DNA of 64,000 nucleotides from Patescibacteria group bacterium. GTDB taxonomy: Bacteria; Patescibacteriota; Microgenomatia; Curtissbacterales; GWA2-41-24. Positions 1 through 9,338 of the stretch are shown here, one piece after another (the first letter of the stretch is position 1; the number at the start of each line of letters is the position of its first letter). A model generated the notes under the pieces. That model saw only the letters and a program-made list of their open reading frames with translations, was not told where the DNA came from and searched no databases. Position numbers and translations under genes: made by a program. The stretch covers positions 9,751 through 73,750 of the forward strand of contig JBBTUN010000001.1 in the NCBI GenBank assembly GCA_038063735.1. Direction: 5' to 3'.

Positions 1-533
1 GGATCTCTTTTATGTCTATCTAGGGGGAAATTACCCCTTTCGTTGGCAATTTCCAGCATTGCCCTGTACCCAAATTTGGATAGCTTGCCAAAATTTTTAT
101 CTTTTTTAACCTCGAAGTAGACATTGCCATGGGACTCGTACGCCAGTTTTTTAATTAAGAGTTTTTTTATAATGGCGATCATTTTTTCTATGTTGTCTGT
201 TGCTTTGGGGTAATAATCCGGACGAAGTGTGCCCAGTGCATCCATGTTTTTTAAGTGCTTTTCTGTTTCACTTTCTCCAAGTTTTTTCCAGGTTGTACCA
301 ACTGCCTTGGCTCTTATTAAAATATCATCGTCAATATCTGTTACATTTTGTACATAAGTTACATGTGCCCCCAAAAAACGCAGGTAACGAATTAACGCGT
401 CGTAAGTGATAAATGTAAAAGCATGGCCTAGGTGAGTAGTATCGTAGGGCGTAATACCGCATACGTAAATACTTATCTTTTCTCTTAAATTTAACGTCTC
501 CAGTTTTTCAGAGTAAGTATTGTACAGTTTCAT
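1..533 (-). CDS. CysRS-family ligase, MshC-like (5' part; runs off the window edge)
   Basis: Not in the ORF track. Manual translation from ATG 533: MKLYNTYSEKLETLNLREKISIYVCGITPYDTTHLGHAFTF...YVQNVTDIDDDILIRAK...ERGNFPLDRHKRD. CGITPYD/HLGH is MshC-type. ATGA overlap with the upstream gene. Confidence 0.75.
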   Translation of the reverse strand, partial: MKLYNTYSEKLETLNLREKISIYVCGITPYDTTHLGHAFTFITYDALIRYLRFLGAHVTYVQNVTDIDDDILIRAKAVGTTWKKLGESETEKHLKNMDALGTLRPDYYPKATDNIEKMIAIIKKLLIKKLAYESHGNVYFEVKKDKNFGKLSKFGYRAMLEIANERGNFPLDRHKRD

Positions 534-1201
534 TTATTTAGGATAAGAAAGTACTCCTCCTTGGAGAGGCCTTCGTTTCTTTTTAAAATGGTTTTTGCGT
601 CTTCTTTTTGAGATTTATGTGCGCTGATGGCGCCAATTTTTTGATTCCAAACGTTGCTTATGTCAACGACTTTGTCTACATCTTTTTTTGAATATCCAGG
701 TGGAAAATAGATGAAATAATGTTCCATGTGGGCTGCAGCTTTTTTGTCTATGCAGTAATACATTAAGGTTTTTATAAATTTTAGTTTTTTAAATACGAAT
801 GTTGTGGCTAAAGACACCATTATATGGTCTATGTGGCCGGAAACACCGAGCGGTTCGGCAGTCATGATAACTTCAGGATTTAGTTCTTTAAATTTTTCTT
901 CTATTTTTGCGGTAAGCTTGTGGTACAAATTATTGCAAAGCGTACCATCTTTAAAGCCCAAGAAAAAAACTTTCTTAACTCCTAATACGTTTGCAGATGA
1001 TAAAAGCTCATTTTGACGTACTTGCGCTATCTTTTTGTCTTTTCCGCCTTCTTCACCTTTTGTTGCACACAAAAGATAAATATCATGAGTTTGAGAATAT
1101 AAAGCGATTGTCCCTGCCGGCCCAAAGGCTTCGTCATCCGGATGAGCAAAAACGGCGACCAAAACGGGTCTATTTTTGTTTTTCTGCCTGTTCGATTGCA
1201 T
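530..1201 (-). CDS. PIG-L/LmbE family N-acetylglucosaminyl deacetylase (MshB/BshB-like)
   Basis: AHPDDE metal motif, ATKGEEG, GHIDH, AHKSQ. Confidence 0.9.
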   Translation of the reverse strand: MQSNRQKNKNRPVLVAVFAHPDDEAFGPAGTIALYSQTHDIYLLCATKGEEGGKDKKIAQVRQNELLSSANVLGVKKVFFLGFKDGTLCNNLYHKLTAKIEEKFKELNPEVIMTAEPLGVSGHIDHIMVSLATTFVFKKLKFIKTLMYYCIDKKAAAHMEHYFIYFPPGYSKKDVDKVVDISNVWNQKIGAISAHKSQKEDAKTILKRNEGLSKEEYFLILNK

Positions 1202-2450
1202 TTTCTAGCTTATCTGAAAGTTTATTACCAATGATGTTTGCCATATCTAGTAGAGGAAGAAAATATTTACGCCCAGAAATTGACCTGCCGATTAATTGAA
1301 TAATTTCCGTCATGGACCAGTTCGAGTAGTCTTCGTCTAGTTTTTTGTAAACGGATCGAATTGTTTCGTCTTTAACAACTTTGAGGTTAGATAGCAGACG
1401 TAGTGCTGATCTTAAAACATCGATTGCATCATCATGGAACATAAGCAAGTTCCTATCAATTTTTGGTTGTTTTATTAAATATTGATAGTCACTGAAATCA
1501 TTTATTTTTTTTACGCGTGTGTACGTTGATTCTATTATCTTGTCAGCCAAAATGTCTGAGAATCCAGTTTTATCCTGAACTAGTTTTTTTAAATGATGGT
1601 TATCCTCTTCGTAAATTTTTCTTATCCACTGCCCATTGAACCAATCGAGTTTTTCCAGATTGAAAACGGGGCTATTTTTATTAATGCGCTCCAGAGAAAA
1701 TTCGCTGCAAAGCTGGTCTAGCGAAAATATTTCCTGGTCACCTTTGGGCGACCAACCTAATAGAACCATGAAATTGATAAGGGCTTCGGGTAGATATCCT
1801 TCGTTTATGTATTCCATGACCGATTTTGCACCATCGCGTTTTGAAAGTTTTTTGTGGTCAGGACCTAAAATGGGAGGCAGATGAGCAAATTCCGGTGCTT
1901 TCCAGTCGAATGCGTCGTAAAGAAGCAAGTGTTTGGGGGTTGAAGAAATCCACTCGTCACCGCGCAGGACATGTGAAATCTCCATTAAATGATCATCAAC
2001 AACCGATGCGAAATGGTATGTTGGAAATCCGTCCGATTTGATGATGATAAAATCTTCCAGTACATTTGTTGGAAATTCTACCTGGCCATGAACAAGATCT
2101 TGCCAGCCAATTTTTGGATCTGATGCGTTGATTTTAAAGCGCCACGCACCATCATCAAGATAAGCCAATTTTTTTTCTTTTAAAATTTCTAAATGTTTTT
2201 GGTAAATATCCAAACGCTTAGATTGATAAATAATTTCCCCGTCATAAAGAAGGCCTAGTAGTTTTAAGCTTTGTTGGATTTTTTCGACTGCCCCAGGGAC
2301 AATGCGGGCTTGATCAGTGTCTTCTATCCTCAGAAAAAATTGGCCATTTTTACTCTTGGCAAAAAGAAAGTTAAAAAGGGCCGTCCTGATATTACCTATA
2401 TGGGGAATGCCCGTAGGTGAGGGGCCATATCTGACTTTTATGTTATCCAT
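1170..2450 (-). CDS. gltX: Glutamate--tRNA ligase (short form)
   Basis: RYGPSPTG, HIGN, RIEDTD, KLSKR motifs. Confidence 0.95.
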   Translation of the reverse strand: MDNIKVRYGPSPTGIPHIGNIRTALFNFLFAKSKNGQFFLRIEDTDQARIVPGAVEKIQQSLKLLGLLYDGEIIYQSKRLDIYQKHLEILKEKKLAYLDDGAWRFKINASDPKIGWQDLVHGQVEFPTNVLEDFIIIKSDGFPTYHFASVVDDHLMEISHVLRGDEWISSTPKHLLLYDAFDWKAPEFAHLPPILGPDHKKLSKRDGAKSVMEYINEGYLPEALINFMVLLGWSPKGDQEIFSLDQLCSEFSLERINKNSPVFNLEKLDWFNGQWIRKIYEEDNHHLKKLVQDKTGFSDILADKIIESTYTRVKKINDFSDYQYLIKQPKIDRNLLMFHDDAIDVLRSALRLLSNLKVVKDETIRSVYKKLDEDYSNWSMTEIIQLIGRSISGRKYFLPLLDMANIIGNKLSDKLENAIEQAEKQK

Positions 2451-2522
2451 GCTTTTAATTGACCGGCATAACGCCTCAGGTTAGAATTGTATCAGCTGGA
2501 ATTATTTTACTCAATTTAAAAA

Positions 2523-3554
2523 ATGGCTAACCTGACCCTTACTGCCTTGTACACAAAAAAGTTCTTCTTTGGTTTTTTGTTATTTCTGGGCGGGCTTGTA
2601 GTACTGCTTATATTTTTCAATTTAGGCCAGAGTGCAATGAATATGTTTTTTCCTCCTAAACCTGCCCCAGCACTAGTTGCATTTGGGAAATTGCCGAAGA
2701 TAAATTTAGATGAAGGTATAAAGCCCGCCAGCGATATAACTTATAAAATAGAGACAGTTAGCGGCGGCTTAAAAGAGCTTGGTGCTCAACTTAAGGTTTT
2801 TGCAATTGGTTCGCCTAACGCAAAGTTTGGGGATCTGGAAGGTGCCAACTTTCGCGCAGAAGGCCTACAATTCGATATTCCACCCATTGGGGTAATCGGT
2901 GGTGTTGCAACATATGGCAATAAAAGAGATCGCAGTAAAACTTTGGAGATTGAACTAACAAGTGGGAATACTATTATCAATAGTGACTACCTTAACAATC
3001 AGCAGCTTATAACCTCACAGCCCAAGGATGATGCCAGCTCTTTGCTTCTTACAAAAAAGTTTCTAGATACAGTGGGAATTAAAAATATTGAGTACCCGAG
3101 TAGCAAAGTTGAACATATAAAATACAAAATAGATGATGGAAAATTAACGGAGTCTTTTTCTTTATCGGGCGCAAATCTTGTTCAGGTTAATTTTAACAGG
3201 GCTGATATTGACGGGGTTGGGGTTGTATATTCAAATTACAGAAAACCTAAAATTAGAATTTTAGTTTCTAAGGATTCGGTTGTTGCAGCAAAGGCTAATA
3301 TTACAAAAATACAGGAGTTTAAATTTTCCACCTATCCACTACGGGGCGTACAAAGTGCTTTTTCCGATTTAAAAAATGGCGGGGCAATGTTTAATAAAAA
3401 ATTTGACGGCAAAGAATTCGCTATTCGGGATGTTAAGCTTGCATATTTGGACACCGATAGCACTCAGCAATACCTGCAACCTGTTTATGTGTTTGAAAGC
3501 GATGAAGGACTGGCAGCTTATGTTGTGGCAGTCGATGGTACCTGGTTAAAGTAA
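2523..3554 (+). CDS. Hypothetical membrane-anchored extracellular protein
   Basis: 343-aa ORF with one N-terminal hydrophobic helix; C-terminal YLQPVYVF. Confidence 0.75.
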   Translation: MANLTLTALYTKKFFFGFLLFLGGLVVLLIFFNLGQSAMNMFFPPKPAPALVAFGKLPKINLDEGIKPASDITYKIETVSGGLKELGAQLKVFAIGSPNAKFGDLEGANFRAEGLQFDIPPIGVIGGVATYGNKRDRSKTLEIELTSGNTIINSDYLNNQQLITSQPKDDASSLLLTKKFLDTVGIKNIEYPSSKVEHIKYKIDDGKLTESFSLSGANLVQVNFNRADIDGVGVVYSNYRKPKIRILVSKDSVVAAKANITKIQEFKFSTYPLRGVQSAFSDLKNGGAMFNKKFDGKEFAIRDVKLAYLDTDSTQQYLQPVYVFESDEGLAAYVVAVDGTWLK

Positions 3555-3561
3555 CTCTTAA

Positions 3562-4467
3562 TTACTTTGGCCAAACGTAATTTGCAAACGCCCATTCTAT
3601 CAGGCTTTTGGACTCACCAAATCTGTCTTTTGAACCTAAAACGGAAACTATTATTCCGTTTTCACCTCTTACGGTTTTTGTAATAAGTATTTCAAGGGAT
3701 CCGTCCGTTTCGCCGGTTTTAACTCCTTCTAAGCCATCTACAACTCCAAGTAATTTATTTACGTTTTCCAGATAGTAGGTTTTTAGTCCAGTTGTATCGG
3801 TGACCACAGTACTTTTTGTTTTAACGATTTTGGCAATTAGGGGGTTAGCTGTTGCAACGCGCGCTAGTTTTGCCAAATCCATGGAAGTTGAGTATTGAAG
3901 TTCGTTATCAAAACCGGCTGGGTTAACAAAATGGGTTTCGTTCATATCCAGTTCTTGTGCTTTATTGTTCATTTCCGCAATAAAATTTTCGTAACTATCA
4001 CCGCAGTTTTCTGCCAAGGCAAATGCGGAATCGTTTCCAGAATTAATTAGAAGACCATATAATAGATTCTCTGCCGTAATTTCATCTCCCTGACTAAGTC
4101 CCATTTGGCTTCCTATCGTTTCCACCCGTTTTACAGTTAATTTATCATGAGGAGCGCATTTTTCAAGCGCGGCTATTGCTGTCATCAGTTTTGTGGTTGA
4201 CGCCGGCAGATGTCTAAGATGAGGATTTTTTCCGTAGAGCATTGACCCCGTTTTAAAATCCAGGATCACAGCTGATCGTGCGCTTATTACCGGTGCTTCC
4301 GTAAAGGCTGTGCTGCGCTGCGGGGACGCCTGTTCTTTTGAAATAGTTGTTTCCAGTTGATTTGCTTTAGCAATAGGTAAATAGTCGCTTAGGTTGACCC
4401 GCGGCAAGATAACAGCAAGAGCACTCGCAGCGACAATAATTATTGCAATGGTAATTCTGGCTATCAC
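3562..4467 (-). CDS. D-alanyl-D-alanine carboxypeptidase (peptidase S11)
   Basis: PASTTK (SxxK), SGND (SxN), KTG motifs; signal/anchor helix. Confidence 0.92.
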   Translation of the reverse strand: MIARITIAIIIVAASALAVILPRVNLSDYLPIAKANQLETTISKEQASPQRSTAFTEAPVISARSAVILDFKTGSMLYGKNPHLRHLPASTTKLMTAIAALEKCAPHDKLTVKRVETIGSQMGLSQGDEITAENLLYGLLINSGNDSAFALAENCGDSYENFIAEMNNKAQELDMNETHFVNPAGFDNELQYSTSMDLAKLARVATANPLIAKIVKTKSTVVTDTTGLKTYYLENVNKLLGVVDGLEGVKTGETDGSLEILITKTVRGENGIIVSVLGSKDRFGESKSLIEWAFANYVWPK

Positions 4468-5789
4468 TATTTAATAAGTGTAGATAATCTAACGTCAACG
4501 CGTTCCATGTCCCTTGGAAAAAGAGACGCTTCCCTGACGTTCCCAAGTTCCAAAATATGCATAGTTAATCGTTCCAGACCGAACGAGAAACCACCCTCCG
4601 GAGGCATCCCATATTTAAACGCTTGAAGGTACATTTCAAAGCTTTTAGTGTCCATGCCTTTTGCTTTTATGGCATCCACCAGCTTTTTATAATCGTTAAT
4701 TCTCTGGCTTCCACTTAATACCTCCACGCCACGAAAAAGCAAGTCGTAGCTTAAGCTGTACTGGGGGTTATCGGGATCCGGCATTGTGTAAAAAGGTTTT
4801 GCGGCCATTGGAAACTTTGTGATAGTTACAAAATCACTTTTATACTTGGTAAGTGCCCATTTGCAGATATCAACCTCATCTTGAGGTGCCAAATCTTTTT
4901 CTTTTCTACTGTCCCTTTTAAATTCTTTAAAAATAACTTCCTGGGCTTCGCGAAGTGTCAATCTTGGTATTTTTCCAAAAGCAATCGGTTTTAATTTGTA
5001 ATCTTTAAATACGTCCACACAGCTCTCTTGGACATACTTAAGCATTGTAATTGCAACTTCTTCGAGCATATCGAGTAAGTCTTCAAATGTTGCAAACCCT
5101 ATTTCGCAGTCAAGTTGAGTTGCCTCTGACAAATGACGAGTTGTTACGGAGGGTTCGGCACGGTAAGCGTGAGCAATTGTAAATACTCTTTCAAAAACTG
5201 GTACAAGCATTTGTTTATAAAGTTGTGGACTTTGAGTCATGTAGGCTTTGTGGCCATAATAGTCGACTTTAAAAACCTCTGCCCCGCCTTCTGTTGCGGA
5301 GGCCGCAATAGTTGGCACAAAAATTTCTGTACAATCTAAGTTTTTGGCTGCTTTTCTGAAACCATCGACTATTGCTGCTTGCACTTTAAAGATAGATTTA
5401 ACCTGTGGGTGGCGAAGGGTTAGGGCGCGAAAGTCCAAAAGCGTTGGCAGCTGCAGGTCCAAATCGAGCGCACCCATATCGAAAGGTAACTCCTGCGCCC
5501 TTGACAATATTTCTACAAGACGAGCCTTTATTTCAACTTTGCCTGTTGGTAATTTTTCGTTTACAGTCGGCGTTGGCCTGTTTTGGACATTGCCTTCAAC
5601 TTTTACTACAAATTGCGGTCTTAGCTGGGACAGGTCCTCGCTTTTACCAACAACCTGGATCAGGTCTGTCATATCGTAAATATCAACAAAAGTGATTTTT
5701 CCATGATCACGGACAGTGTGGACCCATCCTTCTATTTGCACTTCTTTGCCGGATAACTGCGCCGTTTCTTTTATTAATGTTCGTTTCAT
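4467..5789 (-). CDS. aspS: Aspartate--tRNA(Asp/Asn) ligase, short non-discriminating/archaeal type
   Basis: OB-fold start, TEGGAEVF, QSPQLYKQ, GMPPEGGFSFGLERL, LFPRD; no GAD insertion. Start placed at ATG 5789, 7 nt after TAGAAT. Confidence 0.9.
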   Translation of the reverse strand: MKRTLIKETAQLSGKEVQIEGWVHTVRDHGKITFVDIYDMTDLIQVVGKSEDLSQLRPQFVVKVEGNVQNRPTPTVNEKLPTGKVEIKARLVEILSRAQELPFDMGALDLDLQLPTLLDFRALTLRHPQVKSIFKVQAAIVDGFRKAAKNLDCTEIFVPTIAASATEGGAEVFKVDYYGHKAYMTQSPQLYKQMLVPVFERVFTIAHAYRAEPSVTTRHLSEATQLDCEIGFATFEDLLDMLEEVAITMLKYVQESCVDVFKDYKLKPIAFGKIPRLTLREAQEVIFKEFKRDSRKEKDLAPQDEVDICKWALTKYKSDFVTITKFPMAAKPFYTMPDPDNPQYSLSYDLLFRGVEVLSGSQRINDYKKLVDAIKAKGMDTKSFEMYLQAFKYGMPPEGGFSFGLERLTMHILELGNVREASLFPRDMERVDVRLSTLIK

Positions 5790-5819
5790 CAAATGAATTC
5801 TAACTTAAAAACACTTTGC

Positions 5820-5849
5820 TTGACAATTTATTTTTACGAGGAGTAGAAT
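5820..5849 (+). promoter_or_regulatory. Sigma70-type promoter
   Basis: TTGACA-N18-TAGAAT, ending 7 nt before ATG 5857. Confidence 0.7.
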
Positions 5850-5856
5850 TTCCGGT

Positions 5857-5937
5857 ATGGTTCTCGTGTCAATTTGTATTGATCTCCTACTAGTATGTCT
5901 CTTGCTTGGCAAGAGGTTGGGGGAGGTTATGGCTTAA
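5857..5937 (+). CDS. Putative Leu/Ile/Val-rich attenuator leader peptide (26 aa)
   Basis: MVLVSICIDLLLVCLLLGKRLGEVMA; lies between a promoter and an intrinsic terminator, with alternative pairings available. Confidence 0.55.
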   Translation: MVLVSICIDLLLVCLLLGKRLGEVMA

Positions 5938-5951
5938 AATAGGGCCAAATC

Positions 5952-5984
5952 AAAAAAGGAGCCTCCCAAGCGGGAGGTTTTTTT
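5952..5984. terminator. Intrinsic terminator (attenuator or bidirectional)
   Basis: aaaaaagga-gcctccc-aagc-gggagg-ttttttt. Confidence 0.8.
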
Positions 5985-6030
5985 ATGCTTTCGACATGGA
6001 GTCTCAGGCTAAAGGAAAAAGGAGTATTAA

Positions 6031-6198
6031 ATGAAGGAAGGTTTTGAGTATTTTAGACAAGAAATAGATAAGAAGCTGGAGCTAGAACGGGATGCAAAGT
6101 TGTTGGTAAGGGGTCAGGGTCAATTATTAAAAAGAGTGGGAGAAATTGTAGAGTTTGAGTGGAGAAAGCGTGAAAGAAAATTGACTGATGTCGTATGA
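6031..6198 (+). CDS. Small charged hypothetical protein (55 aa)
   Basis: Below the ORF-track cutoff; AAGGAG Shine-Dalgarno 6 nt upstream; MKEGFEYFRQEIDKKLELERDAKLLVRGQGQLLKRVGEIVEFEWRKRERKLTDVV. Confidence 0.65.
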   Translation: MKEGFEYFRQEIDKKLELERDAKLLVRGQGQLLKRVGEIVEFEWRKRERKLTDVV

Positions 6199-6208
6199 AG
6201 GGAGTTTT

Positions 6209-7840
6209 TTAGCCACTTGCTTGAATGTCTTGTATCTTAAGTTGCAAGCTGCCATCGCCGGCGTAAGTGTCTTCACTTATTGTATAAACAACGTCTATAC
6301 TATCGCCAGGTCTTAGTGAGTGGCCAAATTCACCCTTGTTAAACCCTATTGCAGAAAACCCATCTAATTGCAGTTTTAGATGCTGATTAGCAGGGCCTAC
6401 TGTACGGATATCTTCTATGACCATATTTCTTGTTAAAAATACGGGTTGGGGGTTACCCATTCCATATGGCTCGAACATTTTTATTATTTTAAAATTATGG
6501 GCATTTATATCATCTGTTTTTAGAACACATTCAATGTTAATGACTGGGGTAAGAATTTCGTCTGTTATTATGGTTTGGGCATAAACATTGATTTTGCTTG
6601 TAAATGCTTCGATATGTTTTGTTTCTATTGTAAAACCAGCGGCCATCGGATGGCCCCCCGCGTCTATCAAAAATTTGCTTGATGCACGGATTGCCTCAAC
6701 TATATTGAAACCAGGAATTGACCGCGCCGAGCCTTTTGAAAAAGTATCCCCAATGGATATGACAATCATTGGCCTGTGGTGCTTTTCTACAAGTCGGGAC
6801 GCGACTAGCCCTATTACACCTTCGTGCCACTGTGAATGCGCGACTACTCCGATTAAATGTTCCCCTTTCACTAGGGATAAAGCTCCTTCTATTGCACCTG
6901 TAGTTAAACCCTGTCTTCTAGTATTTGTCTTTGCAAGAAGTGTTGCCAGTTTATCGGCCTGCTCCTGGTTTTTGGCACATATTAAGCGAAGAGATTCCAG
7001 GCCGTGCTCTATTCTGCCCATGGCATTGATGCGAGGGGCTAGGATGTGGCCAATTTCGTAAGTTCCAACCGGGCCGGTAATTCCCGAGTTTTTAATAAGA
7101 CTTTTGATACCTGGCCGCTTTGTTCTTGAGAGCTGGTCAAGCCCCAGCTTTACAATTGCCCGACAGGCACCGTTTAGGGGTACAAGATCTGCAATCGTAG
7201 CGATTGCTGCCAGTTCCAGTTTTTCTAAAAGATTGTTTTCGTATGATGGCTTGTATTTTTTAACCAGTTCCCAGCAAAACCTCCAGGCAACGCCTGCACC
7301 ACATAAATCGGTTGTGTGCACCAAGGCGCACGCTTTTGGCGTTTCTTTTGGAAGAACGTGATGGTCTGTAATTACAACATCAACACCTAATTTATTGGCG
7401 GCCTCAACTTGTTTTACAGCTGTCACCCCGTGGTCGACTGTAATAATTAGGCTGACGCCACTTTTGGCAAGCCCTTCAATTGCCTCTATTGACAGACCAT
7501 ACCCTTCTTTTATTCTGTGTGGAACATAAGGCATAACATCTGCACCCAAGTCGTATAGGGTTTCCCACATGATTGCCGTTGCGGTTATACCGTCTGCATC
7601 ATAGTCAGAATAGACAACAGTTTTTTCCTTGTTTTTGATTGCCTTAACGACTCTTTTGAGACCTTTATCAAGATCACTAATCTGTGTGTTGATAATTTGA
7701 TCCAGACTAGGGTTCAAATAATCTTCTACGCTTTTTTTTGATGTCAGGCCTCTATTTGCGGTAAGAGTAGTAAGCAACCAATCTTTTTCCCGATAATTGG
7801 GGTTTGTATTTTTTATTCTCCAGATGTTTTGATTTGACAT
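6209..7840 (-). CDS. recJ: Single-stranded DNA exonuclease RecJ
   Basis: DYDADG, ITVDHG, TDHH, GSARS, GGHPMAAG (DHH/DHHA1). Confidence 0.95.
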   Translation of the reverse strand: MSNQNIWRIKNTNPNYREKDWLLTTLTANRGLTSKKSVEDYLNPSLDQIINTQISDLDKGLKRVVKAIKNKEKTVVYSDYDADGITATAIMWETLYDLGADVMPYVPHRIKEGYGLSIEAIEGLAKSGVSLIITVDHGVTAVKQVEAANKLGVDVVITDHHVLPKETPKACALVHTTDLCGAGVAWRFCWELVKKYKPSYENNLLEKLELAAIATIADLVPLNGACRAIVKLGLDQLSRTKRPGIKSLIKNSGITGPVGTYEIGHILAPRINAMGRIEHGLESLRLICAKNQEQADKLATLLAKTNTRRQGLTTGAIEGALSLVKGEHLIGVVAHSQWHEGVIGLVASRLVEKHHRPMIVISIGDTFSKGSARSIPGFNIVEAIRASSKFLIDAGGHPMAAGFTIETKHIEAFTSKINVYAQTIITDEILTPVINIECVLKTDDINAHNFKIIKMFEPYGMGNPQPVFLTRNMVIEDIRTVGPANQHLKLQLDGFSAIGFNKGEFGHSLRPGDSIDVVYTISEDTYAGDGSLQLKIQDIQASG

Positions 7841-7919
7841 TCTCCCTATTCTATCAGGAAAGTTTTACTCTACGGTGCTTGCTCTACTGCGTGATAGAAA
7901 AATGTTATATCATTTCCAT

Positions 7920-9338
7920 ATGGACAAGTCTGTTTTAGGACTATTAGAAAAAATTGAAGGGGCCGGATTTGAGGTCGCATTAGTGGGTGGCGCTGTTCGG
8001 GATATTTTAAGTGGAGAGGAGGCTCACGATTGGGATTTTACAACAAACGCAAAGCCTGAGGAGATTTTGAAGCTCTTTGGTGATGCTTTTTATAACAATG
8101 CCTTTGGAACAGTTGGTGTTCCTATTGGCAAAAAAGTGCTGGAAATTACTACGTATAGGTCCGAAAAGGGTTACTCCGACAGCCGCCATCCTGATGCTGT
8201 TGTGTGGGGAAAAACTTTAGAGGATGATCTAAAAAGACGCGATTTCACGGTCAACGCCATGGGACTTAGGAGAGAGACAAAGGGGCAAAGGGACCCCTCG
8301 AAGAAGCTCCGGGCAAGCAAAGGGACGAGGTACATAAAGGTTGGAAGTGCTGATTGGGAAGTTGTAGATTTGTTTGGTGGGCAGGAGGATTTAAAAAATA
8401 AGATTATTCGGGCTGTTGGCGATGCAGACGAAAGGTTTAGGGAAGACGCTTTAAGAATACTACGGGCAGTAAGATTTTCAACAACATTGGGTTTTGGCAT
8501 AGAAGAGGCGACCGGTCAGGCAATTAAAAAAAATGTCCAACTTCTAGAAAAAATATCTGGTGAAAGAATCCGGGAGGAGTTGTTTAAAATCGTTGCAAGC
8601 GATAATGGTGACCGTGGATTATTCCTGGCAAGGGATACCGGCGTATTAAAAATTATTTTGCCTGAACTGGACAGATGCTTTAGCGTTGAGCAAAAAAGTC
8701 CAAAAAGGCATCACATTTACGACGTTGGAACACACTGCGTTATGAGCATGAAGAATTGCCCGAGCACAAAAAAAATTGTGCGTTTTGCAACGCTTCTTCA
8801 TGACATTGGTAAAGCTGATGTTGCAAACATTACCCAAGAAGGGATAAGAACTTTTTATAATCATGAAGTAAAAGGCGCACACAGCGCAAATAAAATTTCC
8901 GACAGGCTTCATCTTTCAAAAGATGCCAAAACTAAAGTTTTTAAATTGGTAAGGTGGCATCAATTTTCTGTTAGCGAGGACCAGACTGACCGCGCAATAA
9001 GACGCTTTATTAATAATGTTGGCCAAGACAACGTTGAGGACATGATGGATCTTAGAATTGGAGATAGGCTGGGTGGCGGCCTTGAGGAGCCGGAAAGCTG
9101 GCGACTTAAACTCTTTCGAAAAAGGATTAAAGAGGTGCTGACGAAGCCTTTTATGGTTGCTGATCTTAAGATTAACGGACGGGATGTGATGGAAGTTCTT
9201 GGGATAAAACCTGGACCAAAAGTTGGAGAGATTTTAAATATACTTTTTGAAGAGGTTGTGGATGATGAGAATAAGAATGATCGGGAATATTTGACTAAGA
9301 GAGTTAGAGAGCTGGAGAGTAATAGAGAAAAAGAGTGA
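7920..9338 (+). CDS. cca: CCA tRNA nucleotidyltransferase with HD domain
   Basis: VGGAVRD, DWD, RRDFTVNAM, EDALRILRAVRF, LLHDIGK; start placed at ATG 7920. Confidence 0.9.
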   Translation: MDKSVLGLLEKIEGAGFEVALVGGAVRDILSGEEAHDWDFTTNAKPEEILKLFGDAFYNNAFGTVGVPIGKKVLEITTYRSEKGYSDSRHPDAVVWGKTLEDDLKRRDFTVNAMGLRRETKGQRDPSKKLRASKGTRYIKVGSADWEVVDLFGGQEDLKNKIIRAVGDADERFREDALRILRAVRFSTTLGFGIEEATGQAIKKNVQLLEKISGERIREELFKIVASDNGDRGLFLARDTGVLKIILPELDRCFSVEQKSPKRHHIYDVGTHCVMSMKNCPSTKKIVRFATLLHDIGKADVANITQEGIRTFYNHEVKGAHSANKISDRLHLSKDAKTKVFKLVRWHQFSVSEDQTDRAIRRFINNVGQDNVEDMMDLRIGDRLGGGLEEPESWRLKLFRKRIKEVLTKPFMVADLKINGRDVMEVLGIKPGPKVGEILNILFEEVVDDENKNDREYLTKRVRELESNREKE

